From IMG/VR virus record IMGVR_UViG_3300042384_000211, positions 76,800-140,799 of that record: a DNA stretch of 64,000 nt; one strand, given 5' to 3'. Position 1 is the stretch's first letter. Each line of letters opens with the position of its first letter. Under the pieces are notes generated by a model, which did no database searches, was not told the origin of the DNA, and saw nothing but the letters and a program-made list of their open reading frames with translations. This document shows positions 1-7,409 of this stretch, in pieces. This stretch comes from a virus. The translations under genes and the position numbers were made by a program.

Positions 1-305
1 ATAGCAAGATCAATTAATTCACCACGAGTCAGCTGTTTAACGCTGCGCGGTAACCGAGTGTGATACTTATTAACCATTCTACGATCAAGTGTGATCATTT
101 CATCTAAGTTTTGGTTGGCATCTAACACCACCATCACTGTCATTAGTTTAGTAATGCTGGCAATAGGCTGTACACGATCAGCATTCTTTTCTAGTATAAC
201 TTCGCCTGTGTTATCTGCTACTAAAAAACTTTTAGCAGTAATAGGCTTTGCTACTACTGCGGTGCAGAATAGTAGCAGTATGATGAAACTACTTGCTCGT
301 AGCAT
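1..305 (-). CDS. D-alanyl-D-alanine endopeptidase/carboxypeptidase (peptidase S11, PBP7-like), runs off the window edge
   Basis: Manual translation, not in ORF track: MLRASSFIILLLFCTAVVAKPITAKSFLVADNTGEVILEKNADRVQPIASITKLMTVMVVLD; signal peptide and SxxK motif (ASITKLMT). Confidence 0.85.
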   Translation of the reverse strand, partial: MLRASSFIILLLFCTAVVAKPITAKSFLVADNTGEVILEKNADRVQPIASITKLMTVMVVLDANQNLDEMITLDRRMVNKYHTRLPRSVKQLTRGELIDLA

Positions 306-2301
306 GATATGTTCCATCAAAATTTGCAGGAACACCCTGTTCCATACGCTCAATCATTAGTTCATAATAATGTTTAATATCAACATCATCGTTGTTGACT
401 AATTTTTTAGCCCATACAATAGCCTTGCCCCACGAACCTCGAGTATATTCTTTGCGATACTCTTCGTGCATATACAGATTAGTACGACCAACTGTATAAA
501 TGTCAAGACCAATTGTTTTACCTTTAACAGCAATGTTATCTAGCCATACTACAGGAAATGCATCTTTACAATACTCAGCAGTTTTAGGACCAATGATTAG
601 TAGGACACCATATGATTTAGTCTGTCCTTCTAGTCGAGCCGCTGTACTTACACTGTCACCTAATACGTCATAGCCAAACTTGCTCTTAGCACCAATGTTA
701 CCAATTAAGGTTTCACCAGTGTTGACACCCGCACCCATACCAACTGGCGGACGACCACTGGCTACAAGTTCTACGTTAAAGTCCTCAATGGCTTTGATCA
801 TTTCAAGTGCTGTCTGTACAGCAGTCTTGGCGTGATTAGCATCATCTAATGGAGCACCGTGTACGTGTAGTGACGCATCACCAATGAACTTAATCAGAGT
901 ACCGTCGTTCTTAAGTACAGGAATACTCAGTGCTGTCATGTAGTCGTTCATGATCTGTGTGAGACCTTCTACATCATCTCCAAAACTTTCACCGAGTGTA
1001 GTAAAGCCACGTAGGTCAGTCATAACAATTGATAACTCTCGACGTTCACCACCTAACTTAATTAAGTCTGGATTCTTTTGCAAGCGTTCAACAATAGTAG
1101 GGTTAACATAACTACCAAATTGTTTCTTGATCTGTTGTTTCTGTAGGAACTCTGATACAAACTTAACGCCGTAAGCATGTAGCATAACTAGAACTATGCC
1201 TGCCGTTGGTACAATAGCATCAATTAAAAATTTGTAGTGCGAGAACAGGTACATACTAGCAGGAATTAAACTAGCAGTTAATACAATACCTACACCAAGT
1301 CCTACATAGACCCAACGGCTTAAGAACAAGATGATCAAACTGATAGCGATAAGTGCCAACAGTTCAGCACCAGGTGCCCAATCGGGACGTTCAATGTTTA
1401 CATTGTTGGCTAATGTGCCAATTACAGCGGCCTGCATATCTTGAGGCCACACGTTACCTTTACTTGTTGCTACAGGATTATTAGTACCTGCGGCTGTAGT
1501 GCCCACAATAACAATATTGCCACCAAAATCGTCGGGCAAATCAACTGCCGATACTTGACGATTAGTCTGACTCCAGTCTACCCAGATACGTCCTTGACTG
1601 TCTGTACTGATAGGATTAAAGCCAGGAATACGCATCTTCTCTACACCTTGCGCATTTAACTTAACTTGGAAAGTATTAGTGTTGACTAAGACTCGCAGAA
1701 CTTCTAATGGTATACTAGGATATACATTATTGTCGTAGCCCACAAACAATGGCAGTCTACGGTTAACCCCGTCTATTTCTGGAAATGTGTTAGCAATACC
1801 AACACCAACAGCATTCTGCTCTAAACTAGGAATGTTAGCAATGATGCCTGGATATTGTACAATAGTGTCAATGTACTCTGAGCCAATAACAGCACTACCT
1901 GGCTTACGTGGAATATTCTTAGTTGCTTGGCCGGGCATGTTGGTTAAGATAACAGGAAAGTCTGTTAATGCTTCAGCAAGGTAAGCATCACCACCTTGTC
2001 GATCAGTCTCTGGCATCATAACAGTCCAAACAACCAGACCAGCATTATGACTATACAGGTCGCTGATCAGGTCTGCGTAAACATCACGTTTGAATGGCCA
2101 CTGTCCAAACTTGTCTAGAGTGGCTTCATCTATGTTTACAGTGTAGATATTATTTTCTACCGGGGGTTGACTGGTAATAAGCTGATCAAAATATCGTAAT
2201 TTAACGCTTTCTACAAACGTAGGACCAGTAATAGTAATACCGACAATCAGTGCTAGGGTTAGGACCGCAGTCCAAGGTGAGAGTAAGATTTTTTTAAGCA
2301 T
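289..2301 (-). CDS. CHASE2-domain class III adenylate/guanylate cyclase
   Basis: N-terminal TM, CHASE2 (IDEATL..FGQWPFKR), three TMs, cyclase motifs TDLRGFT, KFIGDA, GNIG, YDVLGDSVSTAARLEG. Confidence 0.92.
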   Translation of the reverse strand: MLKKILLSPWTAVLTLALIVGITITGPTFVESVKLRYFDQLITSQPPVENNIYTVNIDEATLDKFGQWPFKRDVYADLISDLYSHNAGLVVWTVMMPETDRQGGDAYLAEALTDFPVILTNMPGQATKNIPRKPGSAVIGSEYIDTIVQYPGIIANIPSLEQNAVGVGIANTFPEIDGVNRRLPLFVGYDNNVYPSIPLEVLRVLVNTNTFQVKLNAQGVEKMRIPGFNPISTDSQGRIWVDWSQTNRQVSAVDLPDDFGGNIVIVGTTAAGTNNPVATSKGNVWPQDMQAAVIGTLANNVNIERPDWAPGAELLALIAISLIILFLSRWVYVGLGVGIVLTASLIPASMYLFSHYKFLIDAIVPTAGIVLVMLHAYGVKFVSEFLQKQQIKKQFGSYVNPTIVERLQKNPDLIKLGGERRELSIVMTDLRGFTTLGESFGDDVEGLTQIMNDYMTALSIPVLKNDGTLIKFIGDASLHVHGAPLDDANHAKTAVQTALEMIKAIEDFNVELVASGRPPVGMGAGVNTGETLIGNIGAKSKFGYDVLGDSVSTAARLEGQTKSYGVLLIIGPKTAEYCKDAFPVVWLDNIAVKGKTIGLDIYTVGRTNLYMHEEYRKEYTRGSWGKAIVWAKKLVNNDDVDIKHYYELMIERMEQGVPANFDGTYHATSK

Positions 2302-2312
2302 AAGATTATTTA

Positions 2313-2564
2313 TTATCTGCTTTGACGTAATCGATCTAAATATTCTCGGCCAATCTTACCCTCTTCAAGTTCTTGCAGTGCAGCACTAACAGTACGATTA
2401 CGGTATTTTAGGTTTGAATCAGCATTCTGTGCAATACGTCTAGTAGACTCAATCTCACGTGCTCGTGTAGCGGCAATTAAAATCATTTCAAATCTATTAC
2501 CCCCTACATTAACCAATGCCCGATCTACGTCAATTTCTGTGCCTAATTTATCGATGTAACTCAT
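2313..2564 (-). CDS. rpoZ: RNA polymerase omega subunit
   Basis: GGNRFEMILIAATRAREI and ALQELEEGKI match the omega signature; AAGGA RBS. Confidence 0.85.
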   Translation of the reverse strand: MSYIDKLGTEIDVDRALVNVGGNRFEMILIAATRAREIESTRRIAQNADSNLKYRNRTVSAALQELEEGKIGREYLDRLRQSR

Positions 2565-2596
2565 TGCTGTTCCTTATATTGTTTAATAGTACAACT

Positions 2597-2625
2597 ATTA
2601 TACAGTCGTTAGAAATAAAAGTCAA
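2597..2625 (-). promoter_or_regulatory. sigma70-type early promoter of rpoZ
   Basis: TTGACT-N17-TATAAT, with GACTG just 5' of the -10. Confidence 0.8.
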
Positions 2626-2652
2626 GAGAAAGCCCACTTAGTTGGCTTTTTA

Positions 2653-2689
2653 ATTGTATTTTTAAATGGCGACAATAAGAAAAATTTAT
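2653..2689. promoter_or_regulatory. OxyR-type box (copy 2)
   Basis: ATTG-N7-AAAT-N7-ATAA-N7-TTAT; near-duplicate of the box upstream of ahpC. Confidence 0.5.
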
Positions 2690-2789
2690 AAGCAGTAGGC
2701 ATGACTGTTTCATGAAGTCAAGAGAAATTTAATCAAATATATTTTAAGTGTTAAATACTATGCAAGTCCAACTTTTATGAAAGGTTTAT

Positions 2790-3086
2790 ATGAAATTAAT
2801 CTTAACAGTATTATTATTAGGTAGTTGTATTACAGCAAATGCTAATCAAGCACTAGCACAAAAAAGTGGTTGTCTGGCATGTCACGCAGTTGATCGTAAA
2901 ATCATAGGACCATCATATCAAGATGTTGCTAAGAAATACAAAGGTCAAGACGTCGAAGCAAAATTAGTAGACAAGGTTAAGAAGGGTGGTAGCGGAGTAT
3001 GGGGTCCCATGCCTATGCCAGCACACAGTCCACAGGTTAAAGACGAAGATATTAAAACACTTGTTAAATGGGTGTTAGCGCAGTAA
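2790..3086 (+). CDS. Periplasmic class I cytochrome c (c551/c552, c8 family)
   Basis: Signal peptide, CLACH heme motif, GGSGVWGPMPMPAH with Met axial ligand. Confidence 0.92.
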   Translation: MKLILTVLLLGSCITANANQALAQKSGCLACHAVDRKIIGPSYQDVAKKYKGQDVEAKLVDKVKKGGSGVWGPMPMPAHSPQVKDEDIKTLVKWVLAQ

Positions 3087-3087
3087 T

Positions 3088-3114
3088 AAAAAGCCCCTTA
3101 ATTGGGGCTTTTTG
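3088..3114. terminator. Bidirectional intrinsic terminator between cytochrome c and ahpC
   Basis: AAAAAGCCCC-TTAATT-GGGGCTTTTT between convergent genes. Confidence 0.85.
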
Positions 3115-3117
3115 TTT

Positions 3118-3684
3118 TTATAGTTTACCAACTAGGTCCAAACTTGGTGCTAGTGTAGCACTACCTTCTTGCCATTTAGCCGGGCATACTTCACCCGGAT
3201 GTTCACGTGTGTATTTTGCCGCTTTAACTTTACGTAATAGTTCTTTTGCATCACGACCAACACCACCTGGATTAATCTCAATAATCTGTACTACGCCATC
3301 TGGGTCAATAACAAATGTACCACGGTCAGCCAGGCCTTCTAAAGGAATAAGCACACCAAACTGTTCACTTAGCTGATGATTAGGATCACCAATCATTGTA
3401 TATGTGATGTTACGGATTGTGTCTGTAGCATCTGCCCATGCTTTGTGTACAAAGTGTGTGTCTGTGCTTACGCTGTATACTTCTACACCTAATGCTTTAA
3501 AGTCACTAGCGTATACGTCTTGCAAGTCTGCTAGCTCTGTTGGGCAGACAAATGTAAAGTCTGCTGGATAGAAAAACACCACTGACCAATGGCCTTTTAA
3601 ATCTTGCTCTGTTACTTCTACAAACTGACCTTGACGATATGCTTGTGCTTTGAACGCTTGTACTTCTTTACCGATTAAACTCAT
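3118..3684 (-). CDS. ahpC: Alkyl hydroperoxide reductase C (2-Cys peroxiredoxin)
   Basis: [14 protein letters not shown] and GEVCPAKW motifs, C-terminal LDLVGKL. Confidence 0.97.
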   Translation of the reverse strand: MSLIGKEVQAFKAQAYRQGQFVEVTEQDLKGHWSVVFFYPADFTFVCPTELADLQDVYASDFKALGVEVYSVSTDTHFVHKAWADATDTIRNITYTMIGDPNHQLSEQFGVLIPLEGLADRGTFVIDPDGVVQIIEINPGGVGRDAKELLRKVKAAKYTREHPGEVCPAKWQEGSATLAPSLDLVGKL

Positions 3685-3756
3685 TTACTTCTCCTTATTA
3701 AATTGTTAATGTACATATATTATATATTAAAATTTTTAATAAAAAAAGCCCGATTA

Positions 3757-3806
3757 ATAGGTTTTTTTAATTGTATTTTTTAATGACCGCAATAAGTTTT
3801 GTTTAT
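3757..3806. promoter_or_regulatory. OxyR-type box upstream of ahpC
   Basis: ATTG-N7-TAAT-N7-ATAA-N7-TTAT (3770-3806) plus ATAG-N7-TAAT (3757-3771); minus-strand TATAAT at 3719-3724 with a poor -35. Confidence 0.65.
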
Positions 3807-3837
3807 AGGTTATGAAGTAACAATGATAAATAACTGT

Positions 3838-4305
3838 ATGAAACATATACATCACATCTTACCTCAATACCTAGGCGGCACTGACGATCCTAGTAACCTA
3901 ATAGAACTTACTGTAGAAGCTCACGCAGAAGCGCATCGCTTATTATACGAGCAACACGGCAATTGGCAAGACTATTGTGCGTGGCAAGCATTGTCCGGAC
4001 GTATTGGGCAAGAAGAAATATTAAGGATGAAACAAGGTATGGCTAATAAAGGTAGAAAGCGTACACCAGAACAGATTGAAAATATTAAAGCAGCCGCAAG
4101 GAAACGAGTCGAAAGACATCGCGCTGATGGTACATTAGAACGTGCAGCTATTAAGCAAAGTGCATCAATGAAGGGAAAAGTAAAATCTGAAGAACATATA
4201 GCTAATTGGGCGGCTAGTCGAAAAGGGCATGCGGTATCTGAAGAAACACGAGAAAAAATAAGAAAGACATTAGCAGAAACTAGAGCCAATAAAAAAGCTC
4301 TATAA
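3838..4305 (+). mobile_element. Free-standing HNH homing endonuclease with NUMOD3-type repeats
   Basis: HIHHILP..LGGTDDPSNLIELTVEAHAEAH; basic repeats such as SEETREKI; ATG 3838 lies 5 nt after ATAAATA. Confidence 0.85.
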
Positions 4306-4316
4306 AAGAGCTTTTA
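4291..4316. terminator. Bidirectional terminator between the HNH gene and pqqA
   Basis: AAAAGCTCT-ATAAA-AGAGCTTTT inverted repeat. Confidence 0.7.
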
Positions 4317-4333
4317 TTATCATGTGTTAAATC

Positions 4334-4405
4334 TTAACGATTCATTACATAAAGAGTCACTTCAAAACCGAAACGCATTTCTGTTGCTGCTGGTGTAGTC
4401 CACAT
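4334..4405 (-). CDS. pqqA: Pyrroloquinoline quinone precursor peptide PqqA
   Basis: Manual translation MWTTPAATEMRFGFEVTLYVMNR (23 aa); W..P.....R.GFEVTxY signature with the Glu-X3-Tyr pair; AGGAG RBS 7 nt upstream; terminator downstream. Confidence 0.95.
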   Translation of the reverse strand: MWTTPAATEMRFGFEVTLYVMNR

Positions 4406-4552
4406 AATAATTCTCCTAGATAAAAGTCTAAAACAACGTTGTGTTGTTACTAGTACTTATACATATAATAACACCAATATGGCCTAAATAACATACGTAA
4501 AATCATTAAAGACCGATAATTTTCTTGCGATTAGTTTAGATTGCTATATCTG

Positions 4553-4726
4553 TTATTTTTTCAAACACTGTGCGTGTACTTTAAATGTATCAAATTTTAA
4601 CCAATAGGTCAATGATTGTTTAGCATCTTCACATTGCGTTTCATTGGCAAATTCAAGTGTAACCTTGCCCGGTATATCTTTTGGGTCAGTTATGTTTACC
4701 ACTAGTATCAATAGTATCCAACTCAT
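4553..4726 (-). CDS. Small hypothetical protein with hydrophobic N-terminus
   Basis: MSWILLILVV start overlaps the upstream stop as ATGA. Confidence 0.65.
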   Translation of the reverse strand: MSWILLILVVNITDPKDIPGKVTLEFANETQCEDAKQSLTYWLKFDTFKVHAQCLKK

Positions 4727-5490
4727 TGGATTATGTGATTCCAGTAGACTATAGCCCAACGCCCATCGTCGTGTTCAACAAGCGCACTACAACTTTCTAC
4801 CCAGTCACCATCGTTCATATAGATCATACCGTTGGGCATGTGTTTGATTTCCGGAGTATGTATATGTCCGCAGATTACACCATCGTATCCACGTTTGGCC
4901 GCATAGTCAGTTAGATTAGTTTCAAATTTAAATACAAAGTCTATTGCTTTCTTAACTTTATGTTTGAGATACTTACTAAGACTCCAATAGCCAAATCCCA
5001 ACTTACTTCTGCAGTAGTTAAAATAGTTGTTAAACCATAAAGCTACATCGTAGGCCTTATCACCTAAAAATCCAATCCATGGTGCTAACCTAGTAATACC
5101 ATCAAACATATCGCCGTGTGTAATTAGAAACAATTCTCCATCTACACTGCGATACTCTGCTTGATTAACAATACGTATACGGCCTAGACTAAAATGATGT
5201 TGTACCAGAGGACGGAGGAATTCGTCATGGTTACCGGTCACATAGGTTACATTACATCCTCGTTTACTGTAGCCTAGTATTCGTCGAATAACATTAGTGT
5301 GCGATTGTTTCCATGCCCACTTGTTCTGTTGTATCTTCCACCCATCAATGATGTCACCTATTAGGAATAGATTATCACAGGTGTGATGTTTGAGAAAGTT
5401 ATTCAGCAATTCAGCTTTAGCATCTTTAGTGCCAAGGTGAAAGTCAGATATACAAATTGTTTTGTATCTAATTAAGGGAACAGTGACCAT
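4723..5490 (-). CDS. Metallophosphoesterase, PlcP/LpxH2-like phospholipase C
   Basis: SDFHLG, GDIIDGW, GNHDE, HGDMFD, GYWSLS, GHIH, NDGDWVESC motifs typical of the PlcP/LpxH2 group. Confidence 0.8.
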   Translation of the reverse strand: MVTVPLIRYKTICISDFHLGTKDAKAELLNNFLKHHTCDNLFLIGDIIDGWKIQQNKWAWKQSHTNVIRRILGYSKRGCNVTYVTGNHDEFLRPLVQHHFSLGRIRIVNQAEYRSVDGELFLITHGDMFDGITRLAPWIGFLGDKAYDVALWFNNYFNYCRSKLGFGYWSLSKYLKHKVKKAIDFVFKFETNLTDYAAKRGYDGVICGHIHTPEIKHMPNGMIYMNDGDWVESCSALVEHDDGRWAIVYWNHIIQ

Positions 5491-5561
5491 ATGCCAATGG
5501 CCGCCATGATCGCTAATATACCACTAATTTCTTTTACAGCTTCTATAAAAATCTCAAACAT
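5472..5561 (-). CDS. 29-aa membrane peptide
   Basis: Manual translation MFEIFIEAVKEISGILAIMAAIGIWSLFP; AGGA RBS; fills the porin-phosphoesterase gap. Confidence 0.55.
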   Translation of the reverse strand: MFEIFIEAVKEISGILAIMAAIGIWSLFP

Positions 5562-5572
5562 AGTTTTTCCTA

Positions 5573-7000
5573 TTAGAAGTTGTACTGCAATTGCACACGT
5601 AGGGCATCTGCTTTAAAGTTAGCATAGTCTTGTTTTGCTATTGTAGTAGCAGTTGCTCCTGTTACTAAATTGCTACGGTTCATCATATGATAGTAAGCCA
5701 CAAGTTCAACTTCTGGAGCAATTTGCCATTCAGCTCCTATCTCCCAATCGTTAACCTTGTTCATCGGTGAGTTAGTTTCTGCTTTTGACGCACCATCAAA
5801 GTATTGCCATCTAACAAATGGAATTAAAGTACCATTAGTATCTAACACTTTGAAGTTGTCAATCTTATACATAGTTTGAATGTAGCCACCGTTTAAGTTA
5901 GTTTCTTTGATAATACCATCAGTGCTAGCAGTAGTATCTAAGCCAGGAGTTTTACCCCAGTTCCACTCACCTTGTAGACCTAATGGCTGTGGGTACATCA
6001 TAAAACTTACACCCACACGTTGATCTTTAAAACCAGTTGTGTTGCCTGCTTCTAATGTTGGTGTTTTAGTTGCGTAAACATTGTTGCCCATATTTTTTCT
6101 ATATGCACTACCTGTTCTTACATACTTGCCCGAGTAACCTTGTACACCAGCTTCGTAGATTTGACCGCTTTCGGTTTTCCATGGGTAAGTAGCACGTGCC
6201 ACAACGTGGTAGTTGTCATTACGATCTTGTTGGTTAGCACCTTGACCATTATAAACACCCAAGGCAACCATACCGTAGTTACCCGAATGTTTTAAACCGC
6301 CGTCTTGAATTTCTTTAAAGAGCTTTTGAACGTTGTCCGGTGTGTAGTAATAAAACGCACCCAAATCACGCTCGTCACGTACTGCACTATTAAATGCGTC
6401 AGCGCGATCAAGTGCTAGACGATTTTGTGAAGATTGTAAGTTTTCAAAGCCATATGGTACTTTACTTTGTCCAACACGAACGCGGTGTACTTTGTCTTTG
6501 GTCAAGTTAACATCACCATAAGCATCACGCAGTTGCGCTACGTTACCTGTGGTACCTGCTGTACTAGCAAAGTCAGGTTGAATATAATAATCCAAACGCT
6601 CACCAGCTGAACCAGAAATGATCACACGTGCTCGACGGATAAGAAAGTTTTTGTCTTGATCAGCAAGAGAGTTTTTATTACCTACAGATCGATCTGACCA
6701 AAGGTTGACTCCTTCGTCACCACTAAGCATAGTAGTATTGCGCACTTGTAAATAGCCACGAATGTTCATTTTACTAGCCGCATGTACAGTGGTATCTTTT
6801 TCTTTTTTAACTGCGCCTATTTCACCAGTATGGCCTTTGTTTAGCAGTGCGCCTTCTTCTTCTGTAAGTACACCTTTCATAACCAGTGCATTAACAATGT
6901 CTGTGGTACTGTCTGCGTGAGCTTGTTTTAATCCTGCCATTGATAGTGCAAATGCTATTACTACATAATACATTATTGATTTAACTTGTTGTATGGTCAT
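5573..7000 (-). CDS. Phosphate-selective porin (OprO/OprP family)
   Basis: Signal peptide, FLIRRAR, RDAY, RVGQSKVPYGFENLQSS..R..LDR, RDLG; C-terminal Phe. Confidence 0.85.
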   Translation of the reverse strand: MTIQQVKSIMYYVVIAFALSMAGLKQAHADSTTDIVNALVMKGVLTEEEGALLNKGHTGEIGAVKKEKDTTVHAASKMNIRGYLQVRNTTMLSGDEGVNLWSDRSVGNKNSLADQDKNFLIRRARVIISGSAGERLDYYIQPDFASTAGTTGNVAQLRDAYGDVNLTKDKVHRVRVGQSKVPYGFENLQSSQNRLALDRADAFNSAVRDERDLGAFYYYTPDNVQKLFKEIQDGGLKHSGNYGMVALGVYNGQGANQQDRNDNYHVVARATYPWKTESGQIYEAGVQGYSGKYVRTGSAYRKNMGNNVYATKTPTLEAGNTTGFKDQRVGVSFMMYPQPLGLQGEWNWGKTPGLDTTASTDGIIKETNLNGGYIQTMYKIDNFKVLDTNGTLIPFVRWQYFDGASKAETNSPMNKVNDWEIGAEWQIAPEVELVAYYHMMNRSNLVTGATATTIAKQDYANFKADALRVQLQYNF

Positions 7001-7037
7001 TAATATTCCCCTTATATATATTATTTAAACACACAAA

Positions 7038-7066
7038 GATTACAGTAATGTTACAAATAGATTAAA
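7038..7066 (-). promoter_or_regulatory. Pho-box-like direct repeats
   Basis: Three 11-bp-spaced units; the minus strand contains TTGTAAC-ATTA-CTGTAAT, similar to the CTGTCAT-N4-CTGTCAY Pho box. Confidence 0.65.
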
Positions 7067-7087
7067 TTTTTAATACACATAGCCAAA

Positions 7088-7113
7088 ATAAAACCCGCCT
7101 CAGCGGGTTTATT
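7088..7113. terminator. Intrinsic terminator
   Basis: AAACCCGC-CTCA-GCGGGTTT hairpin flanked by A/T runs. Confidence 0.8.
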
Positions 7114-7125
7114 GTTTTGAAGTAG

Positions 7126-7287
7126 TTAGATCCTAACCACTGACCACTTACCATTGAACGGCTTACCTTCGGCCTTGTGTTTCAGTATCTTCGTAAACTC
7201 TTTTTTCTTAAGTTTAACAATGGTTTCTGTATCATGGTCGAGACAAGCACGATATAACTTAGTGAGTAATTTACTCTGTTTCATCAT
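7126..7287 (-). CDS. 53-aa basic hypothetical protein
   Basis: Manual translation MMKQSKLLTKLYRACLDHDTETIVKLKKKEFTKILKHKAEGKPFNGKWSVVRI; AGGAGG RBS; own terminator. Confidence 0.7.
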   Translation of the reverse strand: MMKQSKLLTKLYRACLDHDTETIVKLKKKEFTKILKHKAEGKPFNGKWSVVRI

Positions 7288-7331
7288 GATGTCCTCCTTG
7301 TGTACTATTTACACTAATTGTTAAAATAAAA

Positions 7332-7361
7332 GATTACAATTTAGATTACATATAGATTAAA
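7332..7361 (-). promoter_or_regulatory. Second Pho-box-like repeat set
   Basis: GATTACA (7332), GATTACA (7344), GATTAAA (7355) on the + strand; same units as 7038-7066. Confidence 0.5.
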
Positions 7362-7385
7362 AAAGCCCCAGTTAAGGGGCTTTTT
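7359..7385. terminator. Intrinsic terminator after the porin gene
   Basis: AAAAAGCCCC-AGTTAA-GGGGCTTTTT. Confidence 0.85.
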
Positions 7386-7409
7386 AATTATTAGACTAAG
7401 AAGTAAATC

